A stretch of 64,000 nt of DNA from Pristiophorus japonicus (lineage: Eukaryota). Under the pieces are notes generated by a model. It saw only the letters and a program-made list of their open reading frames with translations, was not told where the DNA came from and did not search any database. This document shows positions 24,577 through 37,839 of this stretch, piece by piece (position 1 is the stretch's first letter; the number at the start of each line of letters is the position of its first letter). The DNA is taken from NCBI RefSeq assembly GCF_044704955.1, contig NC_091978.1, positions 112,840,001-112,904,000 of the forward strand. The letters are read 5' to 3'. The position numbers and the translations under genes are program-made.

Positions 24577-27500
24577 CATAGAAACATAGAAAATAGGTGC
24601 AGGAGTAGCCTATTCGGCCCTTCGAGCCTGCACCACCATTCAATAAGATCATGGCTGATCATTCACCTCAGTACCTCTTTCCTGCTTTCTCTCCATACCC
24701 CTTGATCCCTTTAGCAGTAAGGGCCATATCTAACTCCCTCTTGAATATATCCAATGAACTGGTATCAACAACTCTCTGCGGTAGGGAATTCCACAGGTTA
24801 ACAACTCACTGAGTGAAGAAGTTTCTCCTCATCTCAATCCTAGATGGCTTACCCCTTCTCCTTAGACTGTGTCCCCTGGTTCTAGATTTCCCCAACATCG
24901 GGATCATTCTTCCTGCATCTAACCTGTCCAGTCCCATCAGAATTTTATATGTTTCTATGAGATCCCCTCTCATCCTTCTAAACTCCAGTAAATAAAGGCC
25001 CAGTCGATCCAGTCTCTCCTCATATGTCAGTCCAGCCATCCCGGGAATCAGTGGTGAACCTTCGCTGCACTCCCTCAATAGCAAGAATGTCCTTCCTCAG
25101 ATTCGGAAACCAAAACTGAACACAATATTCCAGGTGAGGCCTCACCAAGGCCCTGTACAACTGCAGTAAGACCTCCGTAATCCTATACTCAAAACCCCTA
25201 TCTATGAAGGCCAACATACCATTTGCCTTCTTCACCGCCTGCTGTACCTGCATGCCAACTTTCAATGACGGATGAACCATGATATCCAGGTCTCGTTGCA
25301 CCTCCCACTTTCCTAATCTGCCACCATTCAGATAATATTCTGCCTTTGTGTTTTTGCCACCAAAGTGGATAACCTCACATTTATCCACATTATACTGCAT
25401 CTGCCATGCCCACTCACCTAACCTGTCCAAGTCACCCCGCAGCCTCTTAGTGTCCTCCTCACAGCTCACACCGCCACTCAGTTTAGTGTCATCTGCAAAC
25501 TTGGAGATATTACACTCAATTCCTTCATCCAAATCATTAATGTATATTGTAAATAGCTGGGGTCCCAGCACTGAGCCCTTTGGCACTTAGTCACTGCCTG
25601 CCATTCTGAAAAGGACCCATTTATCCTGACTCTCTGCTTCCTGTCTGCCAAACAGTTCTCTATCCATGTGAGTACATTATCCCCAATACCATGTGCTTTA
25701 ATTTTGCACACCAATCTCTTGTGTGGGATCTTGTCAAAGGCCTTTTGAAAGTCCAAATACACGACATCCACTGGTTCTCCCTTATTCACTCTACTAGTTA
25801 CATCCTCAAAAAATTCCAGAAGATTTGTCAAGCATGATTTTCCTTTAATAAATCCATGTTGACTTGGACTGATCCTGTCACTGCTTTCCAAATGCGCTGT
25901 TATTTAATCTGTAATAATTGATTCCAACATTTTCCCCACTACTGATGTCAGGCTAACCCATTTATAATTACCCATTTTCTCTCTCCCTCCTTTTTTAAAA
26001 AGTGGTGTTACATTAGTTACCCTCCAGTCCATAGGAACTGATCCAGAGTCGATATACTGTTGGAAAATAATCACCAATGCATCCACTATTTCTAGGGCCA
26101 CTTCCTTAAGTACTCTGGCATGCAGACTATCAGGCCCCGGGGATTTATCGACCTTCAATCCCATCAATTTCCCTAACACAATTTCCCACCTAATAAGGAT
26201 ATCCTTCAGTTCCTCCTTCTCACTAGACCCTCGGAAAGTTATTTGTGTCTTCCTTAGTAAAGACAGAACCAAAATATTTGTTCAACTGGTCTGACATTTC
26301 TTTGCTCCCCATTATAAATTCACCTGAATCTGACTGCAAGGGACCTACATTTGTCTTCACTAATCTTTTTCTCTTCACATATTTATCAAAGCTTTTGCCA
26401 TCAGTTTTTATGTTCTCGGCAAGCTTCCTCGCATACTCTATTTTCCCCCTCCTAATTAAACCCTTTGTCCTCCTCTGCTGAATTTTAAATTTCTCCCAGT
26501 CCTCAGGTTTGCCGTATTTTCTGGCCAATTTAAATGCCTCTTCCTTGGATTTAACACTAATTTCCCTTGTTAGCCACAGTTGAGCTACCTTCCCCATTTT
26601 ATTTTTACTCCAGACAGGGATGTACAATTGTTGAAGTTCGTCCATGTGATCTTTAAATGTTTGCCATTGCCTATCCACCGTCAACCCTTTAAGTATCCTT
26701 TGCCAGTCTATTCTAGCCAATTCACGCCTCATACCATCGAAGTTAGCTTTCCTTAAGTTCAGGACCCTAGTCTCTGAATTAACTGTGTCACTCTCCATCT
26801 TAATAAAGATTTCTACCATATTATGGTCACTCTTCCCCAAGGGGCCTCGCACAACAAGATTTCTAATTAGTCCCTTCTCATTATACATCACCCAGTCTAG
26901 GATGGCCAGCTCTCTAGTTGGTTCCTCGACATATTGGTCCAGAAAACCATCCCTAATACACTCCAGGAAATCCTCCTCCACCGTATTGCTACCAGTTTGG
27001 TTCACCCAATCTATATGTAGATTAAAGTCGCCCATGATAACTGCTGTACCTTTATTGCACGCATCCCTAATTTCTTGTTTGATGCTGTCCCCAACCTCAC
27101 TACTACTGTTTGGTGGTCTGTACACAACTCCCACTAGTGTTTTCTGCCCTTTGGTATTCTGCAGCTCCACCCATACAGATTCCACATCATCCAAGCTAAT
27201 GTCCTTCCTTACTATTGTGTTCATTTCCTCTTTAACCAGCAACGCTACCCCACCTCCTTTTCCTTTCTGACTATCCTTCCTGAATGTTGAATGCTCCTGG
27301 ATGTTGAGTTCCCAGCCTTGGTCACCATAAAGCCATGTCTCCATGATGCCAATTATATCATATTCATTAATTGCTGCCTGTGCAGCTAATTCGTCCACAT
27401 TATTACAAATACTCCTCGCATTGAAGCATAGAGCCTTCAGGATTGTCTTTTAAGCACACTTTGCCCTTTTCGAATTTTGCTGCAATGTGGCCCTTTTTGA

Positions 27501-28917
27501 TTTTTGCCTTGGGTTTCTCTGCCCTCCACTTTTACTTTTCTTCTTTCTATCTTTTGCTTCTGCCCCCATTCTACTTCTCTCTGTCTCCCTGCATAGGTTC
27601 CGTTCCCCTTGCCATATTAGTTTAACTCCTCCCCAACAGCACTAACAAACACTCCCCCTAGGACATTAGTTCCGATCCTGTCCAGGTGCAGACCGTTCGG
27701 TTTATACTGGTCCCACCTCCCCCAGAACCGGTTCCGATGTCCCACGAATTTGAATTCCTCCCTTCTGCACCACTCCTCAAGCCATGTATTCATCTGAGCT
27801 ATCCTGCGATTCCTACTCTGACTAGCATGTGACACTGGTAGCAATCCTGAGATTACTACCTTTGAGGTCCTACTTATTAATTTAACTCCTAGCTCCCTAA
27901 ATTCAGCTTGTAGGACCTCATCCCGTTTTTTACCTATATCGTTGGTACCTATATGCACCACGACAACTGGCTATTTACCTTCCCCTTCAAAATGTCCTGT
28001 AACCGCTTCGAGACATCGTTGACCCTTGCACCAGGGAGGCAACATACCATCCTGGAGTCTCGATTGCAGCCGCAGAAACGTCTATCTATTCCCCTTACAA
28101 TAGAATTTCCTACCACTATAGCTCTCCCACTCTTTTTCCTGCACTCCTGTGCAGCAGAGCTACCCATGGTGCCATGGACTTGGCTGCTACTGCCCTGCCC
28201 TGATGAGTTATCCCCCCCCAACAGTACCCAACGCGGTGTATTTTTTTTGGAGTGGGATGACTGCAGGGGACCTCTGCACTACCTTCCTTCCACTGCTCTT
28301 CCTGTTGGTCATCCATTCCCTATCTGTCTGTGTAACCTTTACCTGTGGTAAGACCAACTCACTAAACGTGCTATTCACGGCATCCTCAGCATCGTGCATG
28401 CTCCAGAGTGAATACACCCTCAGCTCCAGTGCTGCAAAGCAGTCTGTCAGGAGCTGCAGCAGGGTACACTTCCCACACATGTAGTCATCAGGGACACTGG
28501 AAGCGTCCCTAAGTTCCCACATAGACATGATACTTGTCCGAGCTCTCCTACCATGACTTAACCCTTAGAGTAACTTATTTGGAAACAACAATGATAAAGG
28601 TTACCTACTGATAGGGAAAAGAAAAAGAAAAATTACTCACCAATCATCAGCCAATCACTTACCCCCTTGGCTGTGACGTCACCTTTCGATTTCTTTCTAC
28701 TTCTTTGTTTACCTTCTGCCTCTGCAGCTGCACCAGCTGGCCTTTTATAGGCCTCCAACCCCGGACTCCCGCCTCTCCTTGACTCACCAATGCTCCTCAC
28801 TCGCGGGCCTTTTATAGGCCTCCAACCCCGGACTCCTGCCTCTCCTCGACTCACCGATGCTCTTCACTCACAGGCTTTTTATAGGCCTCCGACCCTGAAC
28901 TCCCACCTCTCCTCTGC
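24577..28917 (-). mobile_element. Full-length CR1 LINE (about 4.3 kb), frameshifted
   Basis: 5' monomers at 28741-28915, ORF1 at 27617-28553, ORF2 pieces at 26223-27398, 25904-26272, 25478-25891, 25020-25586 and 24806-25084, and a (CATAGAAA)2 tail. Confidence 0.95.
28741..28915 (-). repeat. CR1 5' UTR tandem monomers (about 67 bp, about 2.6 copies)
   Basis: Units begin C(C)TTTT(T)ATAGGCCTCC at about 28741, 28808 and 28876. Each reads TATAAAA on the element strand. Confidence 0.9.
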
Positions 28918-30361
28918 TCAGTCAGATTCAACTTAGTTATGGTTAAGGACAAGGATAGGCCTGGAATAAAAGTTCCAAATTGGGGAAAAGCTAACTTTGC
29001 TAAGTTAAGGAGTGATTTGTCCACAGTGGACTGGAAACAGCTACTTGTGGGTAAATCAGTGTCGGAACAATGGGGGGCATTCAAGGAGGAGATTGGAAGG
29101 CTCAGGCCAAACATGTGCCCTTAAAGAAAAAGGTTGGGAATAATAATTCTAGAGCTCCCTGGATGTCTAGAGACTTAGAGGGGAAGATTAAGAAAAAAGG
29201 GGACGCTTATGTCATATACCAACGGCTAAATACTATGAAATCTTTAGAGGAATATAGAAAGTTAAGAGGCAAAACTAAAAAGGATATTAGGAATGCTAAG
29301 AGAGAGCACGAGAAATTCTTGGCTAGTAAAATTAAGGAAAACCCTAAGATGTTCTATAAATATAATAAGAGTAAGAGGGTAACTAAAGAAAGGATAGGAC
29401 CTATTAGAGACCATGAGGGTAATCTTTGTGTGCAGGCGGAAGATTTGGTAAGGTTCTTTACGAATACTTTTCATCTCTTTTCACAAAGGAAAGGGGCAAT
29501 GCAGATACTGCTATCAAGGAGGAGTGTTATATTCTGGATGAAATAAACATAATGAGAGAGGAAGTATTCAGGCGTTTAGCAGCTTTGAAAGTAGATAAGT
29601 CCCCAGGCCCGGATGAAATGCATCCCAGGCTGTTGACCGAAGTAAAAAAGGAAATAGCAGAGGTCTTAACCATCATTTTCCAGTCTGCTTTGGATCTGGG
29701 CATGGTGCCGAAAGATTGGAGGACTGCTAATGTAGTACCCTTGTTTAAGAAGGGAGAAAGGATAGGCCGAGTAATTACAGGCCTGTCAGCCTAACCTCAA
29801 TGGATGGAAAATTATTGGAAAAAATCCTGAAAGACAGGATAAATCTACGTTTGGAAAGGCAAGGATTAATTAGGGACAGTCAGCACGGATTTGTTAAGGG
29901 AAGATCGTGTTTGACTAATCTGATTGAATTTTTTGAGGAGGTAACCAAGAGGGTTGATGAGGGTAGTGCGTACGATGTAATATATATGGACTTTAGCAAA
30001 GCTTTTGATAAGGTCCCACATGGTAGACTGGTCATGAAGGTTAAAGCCCATGAGATCCAGGGCAAAGTGGCAAGTTGGATCCAAAATTGGTTTGGAGGTA
30101 GGAAGCAAAGTGAAATGATTGATGGATGTTTTTGTGACTGGAAGGATGTTTCTAGTGGGGTTCCGCAGGGCTCAGTACTGTGTCCCTTGCTTTTTGTGGT
30201 ATATATCAATGATTTGCATTTGAATATAGGGAGTATGATTAAGAAGTTTGCAGACGACACTACAATTGGCTGTGTCGTTGATAATGAAGAGGAAAGTCAT
30301 AGGCTGCAGGAGGATATCAATCTGCTGGTCAAATGGAATTTAATTCCGAGAAGTGTGAGGT

Positions 30362-31773
30362 CATCACAGGCAGTCCCTCGGAATCAAGGAAGACTTGCTT
30401 CCACTTTTAGAATGAGTCCTTAAGTGGCTGAACAGTCCAATATGAGAGCCACAGTCCCTGCCACAGATGGGACAGACAGTAGTTGAGGGTAAGGGAGGGT
30501 GGGACAGATTTGCCGCACGTTCTTTCCACTGCCTGCGCTTGTTTTCTGCATGCACTTGGCGATGAGACTCGAGGTGCTCAGCACCCTCCAGGATGCACTT
30601 CCTCCACTTAGGGCGATCTTTGGCCAGGGACTCCCAGATGTCAGTGGGGATGTCGCACTTTATCAGGGAGGCTTTGAGGGTGTCCTTGTAACATTTCCTC
30701 TGTCTACCTTTAGCTTGTTTGCCATGAAGGAGTTCCGAATAAAGCGCTTGCTTTTGGAGTCTTGTGTCTGACATGTGGACAATGTGGCCTGCCCCGTGGA
30801 GCTGATGAAGTGTGGTCAGTGCTTCAATGCTGGGGATGTTGTCCTTCTCGAGGACACTAATGTTGGTGCGTCTGTCCTCCCAGGGCATTTGTAGGATCTT
30901 ACAGAGGCATCGTTGGTGATATTTCTCCAGAAACTTGAGGTGTCTACTGTACATGGTCCATGTCTCTGAGCCATACAGGAGGGCGGGTATTACTACAGCC
31001 CTGTAGACCATGAGCTTGGTGGTTGATTTGAGGGCCTGGTCTTCAAACACCCTTTTCCTCAGGTGGCCGAAAGCTGCACTGGCGCACTGGAGGCGGTGTT
31101 GAATCTCTTCCTCAATATTTGCTTTTGTTGATAAAAGGTTCCCGAGGTATGGGAAATGGTCCACGTTGTCCAGGGATCTTGATGTTTGGGGGGAAGTGCT
31201 GTGCGGCAAGGACAGGCTGGTGGATGATCTTTGTCTTACGGATGTTTAGCGTAAGGCCCTTGCTTTCATACGCCTGAGTAAATACGTCAACTATGTCCTG
31301 GAGTTCAGCCTCTGTATGTGCGCAGATGCAGACGTCGTTCGCGTACTGTAGCTCGACGGCAGAGGTTGGAGTGGTCTTGGACCTGGCCTGGAGATGGCAA
31401 AGATTGAACAGCTTCCCACTCGTTCTGTAATTTAGTTCCACTCCAGCGGGCTGTGAGGTGGAGCATGGCAGCGAGGAAGATTGAGAAGAGGGTTGGGGCG
31501 ATGACACAGCCCTGTTTGACCCCGGTCCGGACATGGATTGGGTCTGTAATGGATCCATTGGTAAGGATCACGGCCTGCATGTCGTCGTGGAGCAGGCGGA
31601 GGATGTTGACGAACTTTTGGGGCATCCGAAACGGAGGAGGACGCTCCATAGACCCTCGCAGTTGATAGTGTCAAAGGCCTTTGCAAGGTCAAAGAAGACC
31701 ATGTATGAGGGCTGGTGCTGCTCCTTGCATTTTTCCTGCAGCTGTCACGCTGCAAAAATCAGGTCCGTTGAGA
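30362..31773 (-). mobile_element. RTE-clade LINE, 5'-truncated
   Basis: GVKQGCVIAPTLFSIF, ELQYAND, LLYGSETW and a C-terminal C2H2 (CPICGRDCGSHIGLFSHLRTH). TGATGA tail. Imperfect 14-bp TSD GAGAAGTGTGAGGT (30348-30361) / GAGAAGGGTGAAGT (31774-31787). Confidence 0.92.
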
Positions 31774-32068
31774 GAGAAGGGTGAAGTGATGCACTTTGGG
31801 AGGGCTAATAAGGAAAGGATATACACATTAAGCGGTAGGGCACTTAATAGTGCAGATGAATAAAGATCTTTGGAGTGCTTGTCCACAGATCCCTGAAAGT
31901 AGTAGGCCAGGTGGATAAGGTGGTTAAGAAGGCATACGGAATGCTTGCTTTTATTGGCCGAGGCATAGAATATAAGAGCATAGAGGTTATGCTTAAATTG
32001 TATAATACTTTGGTTAGGCCACAGCTGGAGTACTGTGTGCAGTTCTGGTCGCTGTATTATAGAAAGGA

Positions 32069-35000
32069 CATAGAAACATAGAAAATAGGTGCAGGAGTAG
32101 GCCATTCGGCCCTTCTAGCCTGCACCGCCATTCAATGAGTTCATGGCTGAACATGCAACTTCAGTACCCCATTCCTGCTTTCTCGCCATACTCCTTGATC
32201 CCCCTAATAGTAAGGACTACATCTAACTCCTTTTTGAATATATTTCGTGAATTGGCCTAAACAACTTTCTGGGGTAGAGAATTCCACAGGTTCACCACTC
32301 TTTGGGTGAAGAAGTTTCTCCTCATCTCGGTCCTAAATGGCTTACCCCTTATCCTTAGACTGTGAGCCCTGGTTCTGAACTTCCCCAACATTGGGAACAT
32401 TCTTCCTGCATCTAACCTGTCTAAACCCATCAGAATTTTAAACGTTTCTATGAGGTCCCTTCTCATTCTTCTGAACTCCAGTGAATACAAGCCCAGTTGA
32501 TCCAGTCTTTCTTGATAGGTCAGTCCCGCCATCCCGGGAATCAGTCTGGTGAACTTTTGCTGCACTCCTTCAATAGCAACTCCAGGTGTGGCCTCACCAA
32601 GGCCCTGTACAACTGTAGAAACACCTCCCTGCCCCTGTACTCAAATCCCCTCGTTGTGAAGGCCAACATGCCATTTGCTTTCTTAACCGCCTGCTGTACC
32701 TGCATGCCAACCTTCAATGACTGATGTACCATGACACCCAGGTCTCGTTGCACCTCCCCTTTTCCTAATCTGTCACCATTCAGATAATAGTCTGTCTCTC
32801 TGTTTTTACCACCAAAGTGGATAACCTCACATTTATCCACATTATACTTCATCTGCCATGCATTTGCCCACTCACCTAACCTATCCAAGTCGCTCTGCAG
32901 CCTCATAGCATCCTCCTCGCAGCTCACACTGCCACCCAACTTAGTATCATCCGCAAATTTGGAGAGACTACATTTAATCCCCTCGTCTAAATCATTAATG
33001 TACAGTGTAAATAGCTGGGGCCCCAGCACAGAACCTTGCGGTACCCCACTAGTCACTGCCTGCCATTCTGAAAAGTCCCCATTTACTCCTACTCTTTGCT
33101 TCTTGTCTGACAACCAGTTCTCAATCCATGTCAGCACACTACCCCCAATCCCATGTGCTTTAACTTTGCACATTAATCTCTTGTGTGGGACCTTGTCGAA
33201 AGCCTTCTGAAAGTCCAAATACACCACATCAACTGGTTCTCCCTTGTCCACTCTACTGGAAACATCCTCAAAAAATTCCAGAAGATTTGTCAAGCATGAT
33301 TTCCCTTTCACAAATCCATGCTGACTTGGACCTATCATGTCACCTCTTTCCAAATGCGCTGCTATGACATCCTTAATAATTGATTCCATCATTTTACCCA
33401 CTACTGAGGTCAGGCTGACCGGTCTATAATTCCCTGTTTTCTCTCTCCCTCCTTTTTTAAAAAGTGGGGTTACATTGGCTACCCTCCACTCGATAGGAAC
33501 TGATCCAGAGTCAATGGAATGTTGGAAAATGACTGTCAATGCATCCGCTATTTCCAAGGCCACCTCCTTAAGTACTCTGGAATGCAGTCCATCAGGCTCT
33601 GGGGATTTATCGGCCTTCAATCCCATCAATTTCCCCAACACAATTTCCCGACTAATAAGGACTTCCCTCAGCTCCTCCTCCTTACTAGACCCTCTGACCC
33701 CTTTTATATCCGGAAGGTTGTTTGTGTCCTCCTTAGTGAATACCGAACCAAAGTACTTGTTCAATTGGTCCGCCATTTCTTTGTTCCCCGTTATGACTTC
33801 CCCTGATTCTGACTGCAGGGGACCTACGTTTGTCTTTACTAACCTTTTTCTCTTTACATATCTAGAGAAACTTTTGCAATCCGTCTTAATGTTCCCTGCA
33901 AGTTTCTTCTCATACTCCATTTTCCCTGCCCTAATCAAACCCTTTGTCCTCCTCTGCTGAGTTCTAAATTTCTCCCAGTCCCCAGGTTCGCTGCTATTTC
34001 TGGCCAATTTGTATGCCACTTCCTTGGCTTTAATACTATCCCTGATTTCCCTTGATAGCCACGGTTGAGCCACCTTCCCTTTTTTATTTTTATGCCAGAC
34101 AGGAATGTACAATTGTTGTAGTTCATCCATGCGGTCTCTAAATGTCTGCCATTGCCCGTCCACAGTCAACCCCTTAAGTATCATTTGCCAATCTATCCTA
34201 GCCAATTCACGCCTCATACCTTCAAAGTTACCCTTCTTCAAGTTCTGGACCATGGTCTCTGAATTAACTGTTTAATTCTCCATCCTAATGCAGAATTCCA
34301 CCATATTATGGTCACTCTTCCCCAAAGGGCCAAGCACAATGAGATTGCTAATTAATCTTCTCTCATTACACAACACCCAGTCTAAAATGGCCTCCCCCCT
34401 AGTTGGTTCCTCGACATATTGGTCCAGAAAACCATCCCTTATGCACTCCAGGAAATCCTCCTCCACCGTATTGCTTCCAGTTTGGTTAGCCCAATCTATG
34501 TGCATATTAAAGTCACCCATTATAACTGCTGCACCTTTATTGCATGCACCCCTAATTTCCTGTTTGATGCCCTCCCCAACATCACTACTACTGTTTGGAG
34601 GTCTGTACACAACTTCCACGAACGTTTTTTGCCCTTTGGTGTTCTGCAGCTCTACCCATATAGATTCCATATCATCCAAGCTAATGTCCTTCCTAACTAT
34701 TGCATTAATCTCCTCCTTAACCAGCAATGCTACCCCACCTCCTTTTCCTTTTATTCTATCCTTCCTGAATGTTGAATACCCCTGGATGTTGAGTTCCCAG
34801 CCCAGATCATCCTGGAGCCATGTCTCTGTAATCCCAATCACATCATATTTGTTAACATCTATTTGCACAGTTAATTCATCCACCTTATTACGGATACTCC
34901 TTGCATTAAGACACAAAGCCTTCAGGCTTGTTTTTTTAACACCCTTTGTCCTTTTAGAATTTTGCTGTACAGTGGCCCCTTTTGTTCTTTGCCTTGGGTT

Positions 35001-36433
35001 TCTCTGCCCTCCACTTTTCCTCATCTCCTTTCTATCTTTTGCTTTTGTCTCCTTTTTGTTTCCCTCTGTCTCCCTGCATTGGTTCCCATCCCCCTGCCAT
35101 ATTAGTTTAACTCCTCCCCAACAGCACTAGCAAACACTCCCCCTAGGACATTGGTTCCGGTCCTGCCCAGGTGCAGACTGTCCGGTTTGTACTGGTCCCA
35201 CCTCCCCCAGAACCGGTTCCAATGCCCCAGGAATTTGAATCCCTCCCTGCTGCACCACTGCTCAAGCCACGTATTCATCTGCGCTATCCTGCGATTCCTA
35301 CTCTGACTAGCACATGGCACGTGGCAATCCCGAGATTACTACTTTTGAGGTCCTACTTTTTAATTTAGCTCCTAGCTCCTTAAATTCGTTTCGTAGGACT
35401 TCATCCCTTTTTTTTACCTGTGTCGTTGGTACCAATGTGCACCACGACAACTGGCTGTTCTCCCTCCCTTTTTAGAATGTCCTGCACCCGCTCTGAGACA
35501 TCCTTGACCCTTGCACCAGGGAGGCAACATACCATCCTGGAGTCTCGGTTGCGGCCGCAGAAACGCCTATCTATTCCCTTTACAATTGAATCCCCTATCA
35601 CTATCGCTCTCCCACTCTTTTTCCTGCCCTCCTGTGCAACAGAGCCAGCCACGGTGCCATGAACTTGGCTGCTGCTGCCCTCCCTTGATGAGTCATCCCC
35701 CTCAACTGTACTCAAAGCAGTGTATCTGTTTTGCAGGGGGATGACCATAGGGGACCCCTGCACTATCTTCCTTGCACTGCTCTTCCTGCTGGTCTTCCAT
35801 TCCCTATCTGGCTGTGGACCCTTTACCTGCGGTACGACCAACTTACTACACGTGCTACTCACGTCATTCTCAGCATCGTGGATGCTCCAGAGTGAATCCA
35901 CCCTCAGCTCCAACTCCGCAACGCGGTCCGTCAGGAGCTGGAGGCGAATACACTTCCCGCACACGTAGTCGTCAGGAACACTGGAGTCGTCCCTGAGTTC
36001 CCACATGGTACAGGAGGAGCATAATACGTGACCGAGCTGTCCTGCCATGACTTAACCCTTTGATAAGCAACAACAATGCTAAAGTTTACTCACTGTTATA
36101 GAAGAGAAAAAAGAAAAACTACTCACCAATCACCAGCCAATCACTTACCCCCTTGGCTGTGACGTCACCTTTCTGTTTCTTTCTACTTCTTTTTTGCCTT
36201 CTCCCTGTAGCTGCACCGGCTCGCCTTTTATAGTCCTCTCCAACGGACTCACGCTGCTCCCGACTGCCGCTGACACTGGGCCCCGGACTCCCTGCTGTGC
36301 CTTTTATAGGCCTCACCAACGGACCTCCTCGACGCTGCTCCTGACTGCCGCCGATGCTGGGCCCCGGACTCCCTGCTGTGCCTTTTATAGGCCTCTCCAC
36401 GCACCTCTGACGCTGCTCCCGACTGCCGCCGAC
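32069..36433 (-). mobile_element. Full-length, relatively young CR1 LINE (about 4.4 kb)
   Basis: ORF1 at 35102-36048 (CSSC...CGKC, GDS, HIGTND). ORF2 at 34272-35024 (endonuclease), 32541-34253 (570 aa RT) and 32257-32565. One stop near 34272 and a small deletion near 32578. CATAGAAA tail. Confidence 0.96.
36222..36433 (-). repeat. CR1 5' UTR tandem monomers (about 75-80 bp, about 2.7 copies)
   Basis: Units GCCTTTTATAG(G/T)CCTC...ACGCTGCTCC(C/T)GACTGCCGC...CTGGGCCCCGGACTCCCTGCTGT. Confidence 0.9.
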
Positions 36434-37270
36434 GCGATTGCTCTAGATAGGGTGCAGAGGAGATTTACTAGGATGCTGCCTGGAATGGATAATCTTAGTT
36501 ATGAGGACAGATTGGATAGGCTGGGTTTGTTCTCATTGGAACAGAGGAGGTTGAGAGGAGACCTCATTGAGGTGTACAAGATATTGAGGGGCCTGGATAT
36601 AGTGGATAGTAAGGGCCTTTTCCATTGGTGGAGGGATCTATTATGAGGGGGCATAGTTTTCAGGTGGTTGGTGGAAGGTTTAGAAGGAATTTGAGGGGGG
36701 GGCTTCTTTACGGAGAGTATTGTGGGGATCTGGAACTCGCTGCCTGGAAGAGTGGTGGATGCAGAAACCCTCACCACTTTTAGGGATGGTTGGATGGGCA
36801 CTTAAAGTACTGTAACCCGGGGTACAGACCTAGAGCTGGTAATTGGGATTAGATTGGATGACCTTTTATTGGATGGCGCAGATATAATGGTAAGTACTTC
36901 AGGGAATCGAATATGGCCAGGGTGATCTCCTGGACTAGTTTCGATCGTCTGGATGGGTCGGAGAGGAATTTTCCCAGATTTGTTTCTCCCTAAATTGGCC
37001 TGGGTTTTTATCTGTTTTTTGCCTCTCCCAGGAGATCACATGGCTCCGGTTGGGGTGGATTGTAGAATGTTTCAGGGGTGTCGCAGTTGTGTGAGGCGGA
37101 CTGGTTGGGCTGGGTGCTCTTTGCCTTTCCATCATTGTTCATAAATTTATATGTAACCTTTAGGGCTGCTGACCAAAGGCCGTACGGCTCTTTGTCAGCC
37201 AGCGCGGACACGATGGGCTGAACTGGCCCCCTTCTGCACTGTAAATTTCTATGTTTCTATGTTTCTATGT

Positions 37271-37839
37271 AGTTGCACCTTGAACTTGTGAACTGCTGCA
37301 GCATGAGCATGCAAGGCAAGCATTGTACGAGCTGTAAGGTAGTGCTTTGTATTGGGAAAGGAAACAAACTTAGCCCATCTACTTGATATAAGATACTGGT
37401 AGATTACCTTACCTTGGCTGCTTTATTCAGGTCAATAAACCCTTTCCTCATTTGGCAGTGTCTCTGGGTAGTGTAGATAACATTGATCCATTGTGTTGAC
37501 TTCCCTGTGCACAGGGTACCCTGGAGTGCCAAATAGGGCAATTCTTCGTTCCTCCGTTTCATGTAACAGCATCTCAGCTGCTGCAATTGTAAGCCTGCGT
37601 GCTCTTCCATGACATTGCTTCACAAAAGCAATGTAGAGGAGAGTTCTAAATTTATTTGCCTGCAGAAATGGAGTTTTGTCTTGAATAGCTGCTTCAATGC
37701 TGGGCATCCTTCCCCGAATCTGTGCTCTTCCTTTGACTTGCGGATTACATAGCAGGAACTTTCTGTGAATGAGGGTAAATCCTCGAGAAATCATTGGGGT
37801 CAGTCATGCACGATTCAAGCAGATACAAAATCTACTCCC
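37271..37839 (-). mobile_element. Harbinger remnant with a frameshifted Myb/SANT-like exon and TIR
   Basis: RARRLTIAAAEMLLHETEERRIALFG, then in another frame QMRKGFIDLNKAAK|GTAAG (donor at 37412). Terminal GGGAGTAGATTTT at 37827-37839 on the - strand. Confidence 0.55.

Larger units (their letters stand above)
22885..37270 (+). mobile_element. Near full-length host CR1 LINE split by three nested insertions
   Basis: ORF1 at 22893-23807 (zinc-finger/zipper plus SGNH esterase: GDS, HIGTN, D.LH). Endonuclease at 23867-24576 (FNARS, TETWL, GDFN, SDHN). Resumes at 28918-30361, 31774-32068 and 36434-36810. 3' UTR ends in (TTTCTATG)3 near 37246-37270. Confidence 0.92.

Noticed and set aside
34288-35130. 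280-aa antisense ORF, also at 26785-27270 and 49543-50298
   Set aside because: Shadow frame opposite the CR1 endonuclease. It recurs only because the copies are related, and no domain is recognisable.
28741-36433. Repeats with recurring CCTTTTATAGGCCTC as a CRISPR-like array
   Set aside because: The units repeat in full with no unique spacers, they are LINE 5' UTR monomers, and there are no cas genes in this eukaryotic context.
37404-37794. Independent antisense gene nested in the large intron
   Set aside because: Frameshifted and next to a TIR, so it is better explained as a Harbinger Myb-like remnant.
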